64,000 nt of DNA from the human T2T-CHM13v2.0 reference genome, Homo sapiens: the NCBI RefSeq assembly GCF_009914755.1, contig NC_060928.1. One strand, written 5' to 3'. The notes beneath the pieces were generated by a model. It made no database searches. It worked only from the letters and a program-made list of their open reading frames with translations, and was not told the origin of the DNA. Of the stretch, positions 1 to 14,296 are shown in pieces. The translations under genes and the position numbers were made by a program. Within the stretch, counting starts at the first letter, position 1. Each line of letters opens with the position of its first letter.

Positions 1-3000
1 CTCCTACATGTGGCTAGCCAATTATCCCAGCACCATTTGTTGAAAAGAGTGTCCTCTCCCCACTTTATGTTTTTGTTTGATTTGTCGAAGATCATTTGGC
101 TGTAAGTATTTGGGTGTATTTCTGGGTTCTCTATTCTCTTCCATTGGTCTATGTGCCTATTTTTATACCAGTACCATGTTGTTTTGGTGACTATGACCTT
201 ATAGTATAGTTTGAAATCAGGTAGTGTGTTGCCTCCAGATTTGTTCTTTTTGCTTAGTCTTGCTTTGGCTATGTGGGCTCTTTTTTGGTTCCATATGAAT
301 TTTAGAATTGTTTTTTTCTAATTCTGTGAAGAATGATGGTAGTATTTTGATGGGGATTACACTGAATTTGTAGATTGCTTTTGGTAATATGGTCACTTTC
401 ACAAAATTGATTCTACCTATCCGTGAGCATGGGATGCATTTCCATTTGTTTGTATCATCTATGATTTCTTTCAGTAGTGTTTTGTAGTTTTCCTTGTAGA
501 GGTCTTTCGACTCCTTGGTTAGGTATATTCCTAAGTTTTTTTTTTTTTTTTTTTTTTCAGCTGTTGTAAAAGGGGTTGAATTTTTTATTTTATTCTCCAC
601 TTTGTCGCTGTTGGTGTATTGAAGAGCTACCAATTTGTGTACATTAATCTTGTATCGAGAAACTTTGCTGAATTCTTTTATCAGTTCTAGGAGTTTTCTA
701 GAGGAGTCCTTACAGTTTTGAGGGTAAATGATCATATCATCAGCAAACAGGGACAGTTTTACTTCCTCTTTACCAATTTGAATGGCCTTTATTTCTTTAT
801 CTTGTCTGATTGCTCTGGCTAGGGGTTCCAGTACTATGTTGAAGAGGAGTGGTAAAAGTGGGCATCCTTGTCTTATTCCAGTTCTAAGAAGGAATGCTTT
901 CACTTTTTTGCATTCAATATTATGTTGGCTGTGGGTTTGTCATAAATAGCTTTTATTACATTAAGTTATGTCCCTTGTATGTTGATTTTGCTGAGGAGTT
1001 TAATTATAAAGGGATGCTAGATTTTGTTGCTTTTTCTGCATCTAATCATGTGATTTTTGTTTTTAATTCTGTTTATGTGGTGTGTCACATTTATTGACTT
1101 GCATATGTTAAACCATCCCTGCATCCCTGGTATGAAACCCACTTGATCAAGGTGGATTATCTTCTTGATATGTTGTTGGATTCAGTTAGCTAGTATTTTG
1201 TTAACAATTTTAGCATCTATGTTCATCAAGAATATTGGCCTGTAGTTTTCTTTTTTGGTTGTGTCCTTTCCTGGTTTTGGTATTAGAGTGATGCTGGCTT
1301 CGTGGAATGAATCAGTGAGGATTCCTTCTTTCTCTGTCCTGTGGAACTGTGTCAAAAGGATTGGTACCAATTCTTCTTTGAATGTCTGGTAGATCTGCTG
1401 TGAGTCCATCTGGTCCTGGACTTTTTTTTGTTGGTAATTTTTAAATTACGATTTCATTCTTGCTGCTTGTTATTGGTCTGCTCAGGGTATCTAATTCTTC
1501 CTGATTTAAGCTAGGAGGGTTGTATTTTTCCAGGAATTTATCCATCTCTTCTAGGTTTTCTAGTTTATGTGCATAAAGGTGTTCATAGTCGCCTTGAATG
1601 ATCATTTGTATTTCAGTGGCGTCCATTGTAATATCTCCTGTTTCATTTCTTAGTGAGGTTATTTGGATTTTCTCTCTTCTTTGCTTGGTTAATCTTGCTA
1701 ATGTTCTATCAATTTAATTTTTCTTTACAAAGAACCAGTTTTTTGTTTTATTTACCTTTAGTATTTTTTGTTTGTTTGTTTCAATTTCATTTAGTTCTGC
1801 TCTGATCTTGGTAATTTTCTTTCTTCTGCTGGATTTGGGTTTGGTTTGCTTTTGATTCTCTAGTTCCTTGAGGTGTGACCTTAGAATGTCAGTTAGTGGT
1901 CTTTCAGTCTTTTTGATGTAGGCGTTTAGGGCTATGAACTTTCCTCTTAGCACCACCTTAGCTGTATCCCAGAGGTTTAGATAGGTTGTGTCATTGTCAT
2001 TCAGTTAGAAGAATTTTTAAATTTCCATCTTGATTTTGTTTTTGACCCAATGTTCATTCAGGAGCAGGTTATTTAATTTCCATGTATTTGCATGGTTCTG
2101 AAGGTTCCTTTTGGAGTTGACTTCCAATTTTATTCTCTTGTGATCTGAGAGAGCACTTGACATGATTTCAATTTTCTGAAATTTATTGAGGCTCATTTTA
2201 TGGCCTATCATATGGTCTATCTTAGAAAAAGTTCCATATGCTGCTGAATAGAATGTGTATTCTGTGTTTGTTGGATGAAATGTTCTGTATATATTTGTTA
2301 AGTCCATTTGTACCAAGGCATAGTTTAAATCCATTGTTTCTTTGTTGACTTTCTGTCTTGATGACCTGTCTAGTGCTGTCAGTGGAGTACTGAAGTCCCC
2401 CACTATTATTGTGTTGCTGTCTATCTCATTTCTTCGGTCTATTAGTAATTGTTTTATAAATTTGGGAGCTCCAGTTTTAGGTGTGTATATGTTTAGGGTT
2501 GTGATATTTTCCTGTGGGACAAGATCTTCTACTAGCAAATAATGTCCCGCTTTGTCTCTTTTAACTGCTGTTGCTTTAAAATTTGTTTTGTCTGATGTAA
2601 GAATAGCTACCCCTGCTTGCTTTTGGTGTCCATTTGCATGAAATGCCTTTTTCCACCCTTTTACTTTAAGTTTATGTGAATCCTTATGTGTTAGGTGAGT
2701 CTCCTGAAGGCAGCAGATGGTTGGTGAATTCTTATCCATTCTGTGGTTCTGTATCTTTTAAGTGGAGCATTTAAGCCATTTAAATTCAATATTAGTTTTG
2801 AAATGTGAGGTGCCATTGCATTCATGGTGTTTTTTGTTGCCTGTGTACTTTGGGTTTTTTTTTTTTTTGCTTTTGCTTTTTAACATGTATTTTTGTTTTA
2901 TAGGTCCTGTGTGATTTATGCTTTAAAGAGGTTCTGTTTTGATGTGTTTCCAGGATTTGTTTTCAAGATTTAGAGCTCCTTTTAGCAATTCTTGTATTGG

Positions 3001-3250
3001 TGGCTTGGTAATGGTTAATTCTCTGAGGGTTTGTTTGTCTGAAAATTACTATATCTTTCCTTCATATATGATGCATAGTTTCGCTGGATACAAAATTCTT
3101 GGCTGATAATTGTTTTGTTTGAAGAGGCTGAAGACAGGGCCCCAATCCCTTCTGGTTTGTAGGGTTTCTGCTGAGAAATCTGCTGTTAATCTGATATGTT
3201 TTCCTTTATAAGTAGGTTACCTGGTGTTTCTGTCTCACAGCTCTTAAGAT
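1..3250 (-). mobile_element. Old primate LINE-1 (L1PB-like), 5'-truncated within ORF1; ORF2 endonuclease and reverse transcriptase fragments; continues left of the window
   Basis: ORF 2017..2739 is L1 ORF2 endonuclease (ICCLQETH, IVGDFSTPL, SKIDH, SDH). ORF 217..903 is RT ([16 protein letters not shown]). ORF2 is broken by stops and frameshifts; ORF1 3' part lies at ~2900-3250. Subfamily is from recall. Confidence 0.95.
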
Positions 3251-4712
3251 TTTTTTTTTTTTTTTTTTTAAGAATAAAGTTCCCTTTTCCCATTTTTCAC
3301 TGAATTTATCCTGGTGAGCTCTTGTTTTTTCTTTTTCATCTGGCATTGATAGTATGTCAATACTTTGTTTAGAACATGAATTACAATTTGCATTTTGTAA
3401 GGCAAAAGAAGCTTCTATGAGAGCTACACAATAAAACCAACTCCTCAGGATAACCAGCAGTTAATCCACAATCAATGATTGAGAACATTTTAAAATATGC
3501 ATTCAGCATGGTTACTCAGGAGCCATCATGAGTGATAGACTCTTCGGATTTCTTAGTGCTAGCCATGATGAGTGGTGCTGCTCTAGGCCTAAGAGTTATC
3601 TGTCATTTAGACACTGTTTTAGCTAAATTAAAACATTTTATTTAAATAAATATATTTCCAGTATTCATTTACTTTTTTTAACTTACTTTATTGCTAATAT
3701 TTTTGCAAAGATGTCAACATTAATTTCAAAAATGAAATGGATGAGTGAATTTTGTTCTCAGCTATGTACTTGGTGACACTGTTTTCTAGATGAGAATGTA
3801 TATTACATAGAAAACAACTTGGTAGTTTAGATTTTTTTGAATCACTTGAAAACATCCTGCATTACACAGTAATGGCCTCACATGATTCTTGAAAGGATAA
3901 AGGAAAAGAGAGAAAGAATGCAGGTAAGAGGGAATGCTCTATGACTTTTAGCAGAAATCATCACCATCACGCTATTGCAAGGTCAGCCACAGATCCAATC
4001 CCCTCCCTCGTTTTAATCACTCTGTTTCTATTAATCACATTTAAAAATGTTGGTAATGTAAGAATTATCTTTCATTAGATAAATTATCCTAATACCTGTT
4101 TTAGGATAGGCATAATCTACTCATCAATAACCTCAAGGACAAATGCTAGAAAATTCAACCTAAGAAACAGCAAAGTCCAAGTTGGTCAGTCAGGAAAGCT
4201 CTTCAGAAGTCTGAATCATATTTTCATTATCCTGAGAAAAGTTCTGGGCATTAAGCAGGTGTTAAATAAATATTTGTACTTGGATTCAGAGGCATGACTG
4301 GATTTTAGAAATTCCTTACAAAGTAGAAGTTACCTAGTAGTTAGGAAATGAAACAGAGTTTTCACACGGGGAAAAAGAAATTCGAATACATGCTAATTTC
4401 GTGACAAAAAATAGTTTCTTTCAAGAAAGCTGTTTGTCAATTAAAAGAGCAGACAGTTCAAAAAAAAACAAAACAAAACATTTTTCTTCCCAATTAGACC
4501 ATAAGTTGCTGAATGAATAGATGTTATCAGGTACCTGGGATAAAGTAAGTGTTTGGCCATTATTTGTTGAATGTATGAATAAATATTGCGTAAGATTGTT
4601 GCTTTTAAACATGTTCAACCTTAAGACCAAGCAACGAACAATCAATACTTGGAGACTTTAGAGTTACAATTTCGAACCCAATCAATCTCATTTTAGATTT
4701 TCCTTGACACTT

Positions 4713-4779
4713 AGGAAAGTGGGGATGGGGACTCTTTTTTGCCAGACCTGACCCATAACTGGTAATCTTTCTCAGCACC
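4713..4779 (-). pseudogene. ARHGAP20-like exon F (RA domain)
   Basis: ttgtctttaag|GGT GCT GAG AAA GAT TAC CAG TTA TGG... gives GAEKDYQLWVRSGKKESPSPLS*, versus recalled ARHGAP20 GSERDYQLWVNSGKEEAPYPLI. Donor degenerate (TCC-TAAGTG, GT lost), creating an in-frame TAA. Confidence 0.85.
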
Positions 4780-5635
4780 CTTAAAGACAAAATGAACTAA
4801 TAAGAATTACAACAAATCTTTCACAGTAAATATTTGAAGAGGATCACACTTCCTTAGGATTTCTACATTTTCAGAAAGGAAAGGAACTAGGACCAGTCAA
4901 AATGCAATTTTATCTATGGGGCTGGCCATGGTTTTTGAGTTAACAGGGCTGATTTCAGTAACCCCTGTTTTCCACCCAGCTTCTAATAAACTATTCCAGA
5001 TTCTTGCCTTGTCCCTTTTGAAAGGCCATGGATCTGTGAAACCACAGTGCAATCAATCCCTCACTTTCTGAGTGACCCATGGAATACAAAATCACATATA
5101 CACTCCCTCACTAAAAAAGAAAAGGCTAGCTGGGGAGTCATGCTTTCTGCTATACAGACTTTTTGGAGAATGTTGAACTTTGCCTTCACATCTCCCTGCC
5201 CAGACAAGCCTGTTGCACAGACAGCGATACATCCACATGGAAGGCATCAGAAGCTCATTAAACCTGAGCACAAAGAGACAAATGCCCAAGAGGTCTTGAA
5301 GAGATGTGAGAGTGAAGTCAGGCCTCTGGCTTTCATTCAGATAAGCCCTACTGTGGGGAGAGAAGGGACAAACACTGACCTGGGGACCAGGCCAGATGCA
5401 AAGAACAATTATCCACAGCAGAAGTATTGCCCAGCAATACTGGCAATCTTGCCACAGACATATCTAAATTATGTAGAATGCTGAATTATTGTAAATAGTC
5501 TTTCAAGAAAGGCTAAAGCGAAAGCATGTTTCAAATGGAGTTATTCTTGATAAGCGCTATGATTGCCCTTCATTCCTTAATAAAAATCATGGCCTTGTCC
5601 TTATGGAGTGTCCTAGGTAGGGAGGCTCTCTGCCT

Positions 5636-5704
5636 TTCTGTCTCTCTCTCTCTCATGCACACACATGTACACGCACACACACAGACAGAGAGAGAGAGAG
5701 AGAG
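5636..5704. repeat. Compound microsatellite (TC)n-(CA)n-(GA)n
   Basis: tctctctctc...cacacacatgtacacgcacacacac...gagagagagagagag seen directly. Confidence 0.9.
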
Positions 5705-5827
5705 CATATTTTCTCAAAATTGTATTGCAAATAGGGAGTAAGATCTAATAAAAATCTTTTAATGTAAAGTTTGGAAGCGTTCTGTTGAAATCCCTTAAGT
5801 CAGGTATACATATCTAGCCAAATAACC

Positions 5828-6128
<301 letters not shown>

Positions 6129-6214
6129 ATAACCTCAATTCTTGATTGCAATAGGATTCCTTTGTTGTCTAGTAAGACTGGTCATTTTTTAAAAAAGGAA
6201 AATCACAAACCTGA

Positions 6215-6637
<423 letters not shown>

Positions 6638-7421
6638 TAGGTCACACATATCATATAGGTTAGAAAGCAATGCAGAAGTGTCTGCTTTACTTAGTACATA
6701 CAAGTTCAATTTTGTTTTAAATGTGTTACACAAATCCGCTAGTTCAGAAATAATTGATTTCTTATGCAAAATTCTGGTTGTTTTGAGTTTTTAAGGGGCT
6801 TTATTATAACACTCAAACAAAACTTAAAATATTCACATCATGTCACCACAACAACATGTTTTCATGTTGGTGGGAAGTTTTATATAAGAAGCCATGCTAT
6901 ACAAGTATTTTCTTGTTTCTGTCCATCTGAATGTCACTCTTCAATAAAAGTTCTCAATTATGTGGACTTACCTCTTTCCTCTTATGCAACCCTCATCTTC
7001 ATCCTCAAATATGTCAACCTCTTCCACTAAAAAAACTCAACAACTTATACTAGCTCCATCAAAACATAAAGAAACATACACTTGAAAACAAAAGTCATGC
7101 AAACCTGGAGGCCATGGATTTGTAGGCACTGGTGGACACACCACTCTTCCTTTATAAATTCAGGAGAGGCATCAGATATCGAATTCTCAGGATCAGCATC
7201 CAGGGGATGTGGTTTCTAGCCAGGTGTTCTTTGTGCCAAACTTACAACAAAATGTATGCTTTAGGACTCTTCATACTGAGATTGAGCCCTTGGTGATAAT
7301 CAGAGTGAGTAATAAGTACGAGAGGAGAGGAACCAGGAAAAAAGATATTGAAAGAACAGTGCAGTCGAAGAGTTTGGAACTTTTTATCAAGAATTTTACA
7401 AAATTTTATTGTATATGTGTA

Positions 7422-8200
<779 letters not shown>

Positions 8201-8324
8201 AGGTGCATTATACAAACACATGTGTGTATGTGTGTTCATGTACATATACACATATATAGTTGAATGTATATAAATTCAAAAATCAAAGTTGGTTTTTAAC
8301 AAAAATAACTTATAGATAACTTAC

Positions 8325-8402
8325 AGTTATTCCTAGCTTTAGTAGTGACATGTCGATTATGTCATTTGTTGTGTCTGAATTTGTTATCACTATGGTTATA
8401 GA
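8325..8402 (-). pseudogene. ARHGAP20-like exon E (RA domain), 78 nt, phase 0-0
   Basis: SITIVITNSDTTNDIIDMSLLKLGIT versus recalled SKTITVMNSDTANEVINMSLPMLGIT. Donor gtaagt intact; acceptor mutated (ttttttacGG instead of AG). Confidence 0.88.
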
Positions 8403-10199
8403 CCGTAAAAAAGAAATGAGAAAAATTACTATAAATTTGGAATTTATTGCATAAGATTAAATAATTATTGTCAAATTATTAGCTGTATTCCAAAGACACA
8501 GCTTATTTCCAGGTAATGACAAAGTTAAGCACATGTAGAGCCTGAATCCTTAATTATAATTTATTTTCATTCCTTTATATAACATGAAGCCAGTACAAAG
8601 AATTTCAGTAAAACATATATCTCTCTCTTAAAATAAAGGACTTGTGGCGCTTGTGAGATAACAGCACAGTCAAGAAATAGAAAGACTGAGAATTCACAGA
8701 GGGCACAGGGGCTGCCCCTCAGCCTCGGGAGGCTACTTCCGCAATGGAGAGAACAGTTTAAAAAGGAGGAGCTGGGCTGTTTCTCTCTTCCTGGGTTGTG
8801 TTTTTATCATATGGCTTATATCTTTGCACATCACAAATGCAGTTCTAGTACAATCAGAATAAGAACTAGCTATAAAAGACATCTTTTAAACCCCTGTGTG
8901 GCAAGCATTTTCTCTGTGCTGGATATCATGGTTACTAAGAACTTCATTGTTGAAATCTATTGAGGCAATTAAATAAAATTTTAGAAATTTAAGTTCCATT
9001 TCCAACTCTGCCAACGAATAGGGTATCTATAGTAGCTCTCTACTGCACTTCACATTGAGAAACTGCTCCATAAAAACAGGAAGACAATTTGCAGAAAATA
9101 ACCCAAAAGGATTAATAGGATTCTGAGATGACAACTATTGCACTCTGAATTTCAAAATACATTATTTTAAAATAAGTAAATATGTAACTAAGAACATTTA
9201 CTATGCATATGCATCCATAATGAGGGCTCCTTTCTCTGATAAACAGTGCTTAAAGAAGACAAAAAGCATAAGTGGACTCTCATGCGCCTTAAAGATGATG
9301 TTAAAAACAAAATTAGAGGAAACTCTTTTACAATTCATTACTATTCTTTTCGTTGGATTTTTCTTTCTTATGGACTAACTGCTTGACAGGACAGATGGTG
9401 CTGAAAGTTATTAATTGGATTTTTATGAACAAAGTCATCTTATATTCATCGATTTCAAACTGTGCTGCTTGTAGATCTAAGGATTGTGAACAAGTGTCTC
9501 AGAACCCAACAGCAGGGCTCAGAGCACCCAAACTCAGGGATATCAGGGCTGCTTACGCTAAAGTGTCTAGGAGGGTGCAAGCTCTGGGCTCTAGTGTGGG
9601 ATTTAATTAGAAGGAAAGGTTCTGCTATTTTTTAAAATGTCTGAAAGTCCTTTCATATAATTTTAAAATTCTACCATGAAATCTTTGGTGAAGTAAAAAT
9701 CTCTTTTAAAATGACAATATGCATCTCTTAATATGGTTTGTAGGATAATGGGTTTTCATGGCATAAGGAACATATTAAGTCCCAAATAATAATTACAAAG
9801 ATATGTGTATTTCTTCCTAATGCTGTTCTCCTTGTAGACAAAACAGAAAAATTCCAGTAGGTAGTGCTGTTTATAAACAAGTATTTTAAAAAAATAAACT
9901 ATTAAATAATTTCCTAAAAAATTGAAATGTGGCTATTTTCTTCATATGAGCTAAAGTGTTTCTTAACATATGAAAATCTAGGAAAATGTAACCAATTCCA
10001 ATTGAGGCCAACTTTAAGGTGATCTAGATGTTCAAATTATGAAACAAAAAACAGTTGTTATAATTATGCTCAATTATGTAAAGAAAAATAATTTCACAAG
10101 TAACAATATAGACAATCTCATCATAGACATAGTATATATTTCAAAACAGGCATTTTAAATCTGACAAATACATGAAAATATTTACTTGATGTGCTAAAT

Positions 10200-11640
<1,441 letters not shown>

Positions 11641-12189
11641 CTAAATTATAACTAAATAAAGTTTACTTTTTTAAATTTCAGGGCAAGTTTTCATGAAAAG
11701 TGCTGAATGTTATCATTTGCCACAATGAAATCAAAGCAGGCAGACAAGAGTGTCCTTCCCCACAGGAGGCCTCTCTAGTCTCAGCTCCCTCAAGCAATGC
11801 ATCTGGTATTTGGAAATAGGTCAGAACATTCGCATGGCTTTTGCTATTGGCCAGGAAATAACTTTTTTGAAATATCATTTTTTCCTCCTACAGATACTAT
11901 TTTGCATGATCAGAGCTGCTGTAAAGAGTAAGGTGCCATAAAAATATATGAAGAATATCTTGTCATCATTATGAACAACCTGGCTACTGCACTACAACTT
12001 CAGATATCAAAACTTACACAATATTTGAAGGTAAAAGTTTGATTTTTTTTAAAAACCAACAGCATAAAAGAAATGAGGTAGAAACATGCTGATCACTTAA
12101 AAGTGATGTCCCTTTCAGCTCAGTTCAATTCTGACATTCTTCAGAATGAAAGACTCAAAACTCTGTGTATTTGACATAGCAATTAACTG

Positions 12190-12600
12190 CATTACCTGGG
12201 CTAGAAAGGGAACATTATTTGGGTCAACTGACAAAATCGGAACGTGAATGGGAGATTAAAATATGCGACCAATGTTAAGTTTACTAAAGTTGACAGCTGA
12301 ATGATGGTTATGAAGAGAATAACCTTATTCTTAGGAAATGCGTAAGTATTTAAGAATCAGGGGCCATAGTGTACATAACTGTCCTTTGAAACAGGTGTAC
12401 GCATACACATAAATGGAGAAAAAAGAGAGAGAGACAGAGACAGACAGAGAATGAAAATACATGGAAAATCAATGTGGTAAACTGGTACAACATAGGTGAA
12501 TCTGGGTAAATAGCATACGGGTGTTCTTTGCATTATTTTGTATTTTTCTGTATGTTTACAATTATTTCCAAGTGAATAACTTTTAAAAATAAAATAAACG
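12190..12600 (+). mobile_element. L1MC/L1ME-like 3' end fragment
   Basis: Resembles mammalian-wide L1 3' UTR (ggtgaatctgggtaaa...gtgttctttgcattattttg). Confidence 0.55.
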
Positions 12601-13014
12601 TTTTTTAAAAACCTGGAAACAACCAAAACTACTGTGTCTGTAAGTAGTGACAATTGGAAAAAAAAATGTTTAATTTCAACAAGAAATTCCTGCTTGCGAA
12701 AATCACTTTACTACAACAAACCACTAGAGTCTACAGATATTTAACATGCAATATTCCTTTCAAGCTTAAGCACTGTAGTTAAAATGGATCCTCTTGCTTC
12801 ATATTGCCTAGCACTTTCTTTTTATACATGCAAAAGCATACACGAATATATAAAAATATAGTTTTCCATTTGGTACTTTTTAAATACTCTTTCTCTCCTC
12901 CCTTTATCTCTCCTTCCCTTCCTCCCCATTCTAGCTCTGTCAACTCTGTCTCTCCCTTTCATTCTGCCTAAGTCTGGAATTTTGAATTTAATTTTTGGTC
13001 TTAAAAACACTTAC

Positions 13015-13099
13015 AGAGGCACATTTCTTGATGTCCTCAGTGAAGATTTGAAGGGGAATGTTCTTCGGGTGGTCCTTTTCTTTGGCTAGATTTATGTAC
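13015..13099 (-). pseudogene. ARHGAP20-like exon D (PH/RA junction), 85 nt, phase 2-0
   Basis: attag|G TAC ATA AAT CTA... gives (R)YINLAKEKDHPKNIPLQIFTEDIKKCAS|gtaagt, versus recalled RYINLEKEKDYPKSIPLKIFAKDIGNCAY. Both splice sites intact, no stop. Confidence 0.92.
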
Positions 13100-13100
13100 C

Positions 13101-13203
13101 TAATATAATAATAAATTAAATCTAATAATATTAAATCTAATAATAAATTAGATGTATCTAATAAATAAAATAAATCTAATAATAAATTGGATTTAATAAT
13201 AAT
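13101..13203. repeat. AT-rich degenerate minisatellite (taataaattaaatctaa-like units)
   Basis: Repeated taaatctaataat / aataaatta units directly visible. Confidence 0.75.
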
Positions 13204-13545
13204 GCCAGAGTAGCATAAATTAGCTAAGAGCTTATTATTGAATCAATCTTTGTTGCTAATATTTTTAGTATACCTTATGTTATTTTTTAAAATGTACGAC
13301 TAGACTAAGCAAGATCAAATTGTGGATTGGGAAAATGTGCAGAATATTTCAGGAAATAAGACATGTCCCAGAAAATAACAGGTTGCTCTGTAATAAAATA
13401 TATGGGCAGCAGAACCAATCTCATTCTCATGCACTCCTGCCTGGATTGGAAGGCCTACCATCTTTCTGGGTTCAGGAGTAGAAAGTAGCAGCTGCTTTGA
13501 GAATCACTCAGTAGAGTAACCTACATTTATGAAAATTTTTTCTTT

Positions 13546-13689
13546 CATTATTTTTAAATTTTTATTTTAATGGAGAGATGGAGTCTCACTATTGGCCAGG
13601 ATGGTCTTGAACTCCTGGCCTAGAGCAATCATCCTGCCTCAGCCTCTGGAGTAGCTGGGATTACAGGCACAAGCCACCATTCCTGGCTT
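13546..13689 (-). mobile_element. Alu monomer (FLAM-like)
   Basis: Antisense left-arm Alu sequence only. Confidence 0.85.
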
Positions 13690-13716
13690 GGAAATTTACT
13701 CTATGTCTTAAGAATA

Positions 13717-14003
13717 GGCTGGGCATGGTGGCTCACACCTGTAATCCCAGCACTTTGGGAGGCCGAGGTGGGTGGGTTGCTTGAGCCCAGGAGTTTGAGA
13801 CCAACTTTGGCAAGATGGTCTAACTCTTCTTCTACAAAATGATACAAAAAATTAGCTAGGCATAATGGTGTACACCTGTAATCCGGAGGCTGATGTGAGA
13901 GGATCACCTGAGCCCAGGGATGTTGAGGCTGCAGTGAGCCATGATCCCGCCACTGCCCTCCAGCTTGGGCAACCGAGTGAGACTCTGTCTCAAAAATAAA
14001 TAA
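13717..14003 (+). mobile_element. AluJ-like
   Basis: ggctgggcatggtggctcacacc...gagcccaggagtttgag...gaggctgcagtgagccatgatc; TSD aagaata. Confidence 0.92.
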
Positions 14004-14254
14004 AAGAATAATGTTATCTCCCATCTATAATGGGGAGAGAAGAGAAAGATGAGAGTGGTAATCAGCACTTCCTCAAAAATAAAAATTAAAAAAATATGCA
14101 GGTAAATGAGAGAACATTATTTACAAGGCAGCCAGGATAAATTGTTTGAGGATAGTCTAAAAATTTCTATTATAAAAAGGGGAATGTGAATAGAGATTTG
14201 CATTTTTATCACAAGTTAAATATTTAAAATATGTATACTGACAGAATAAAATGC

Positions 14255-14296
14255 CTTTCTAGGAAAGAGCACCAGCATTCCTTCAGTTCTGAAGAA
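14255..14296 (-). pseudogene. ARHGAP20-like micro-exon C (PH C-terminal helix), 42 nt, phase 2-2
   Basis: ttgtag|T TCT TCA GAA CTG AAG GAA TGC TGG TGC TCT TTC CTA GAA AG|gcattt gives SSELKECWCSFLER, versus recalled SPEQKDKWLSLLQR. The conserved PH Trp is kept; the donor is GC. Confidence 0.82.

Noticed and set aside
217-2739. Long ORFs of 228 and 240 aa with RT and endonuclease motifs as a novel retroelement system
   Set aside because: They are fragments of one decayed L1 ORF2, broken by stops and frameshifts.
3370-3420. Minus-strand LLPYKMQIVIHVLN as the next ARHGAP20-like exon (QLPREMQCQFILKP)
   Set aside because: Weak similarity, no HEYPYGIKM-like start and no convincing splice sites. 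The true exon is probably left of the L1.
5047-5484. 145-aa plus-strand ORF
   Set aside because: GTG start, no recognisable domain or splice structure; consistent with chance.
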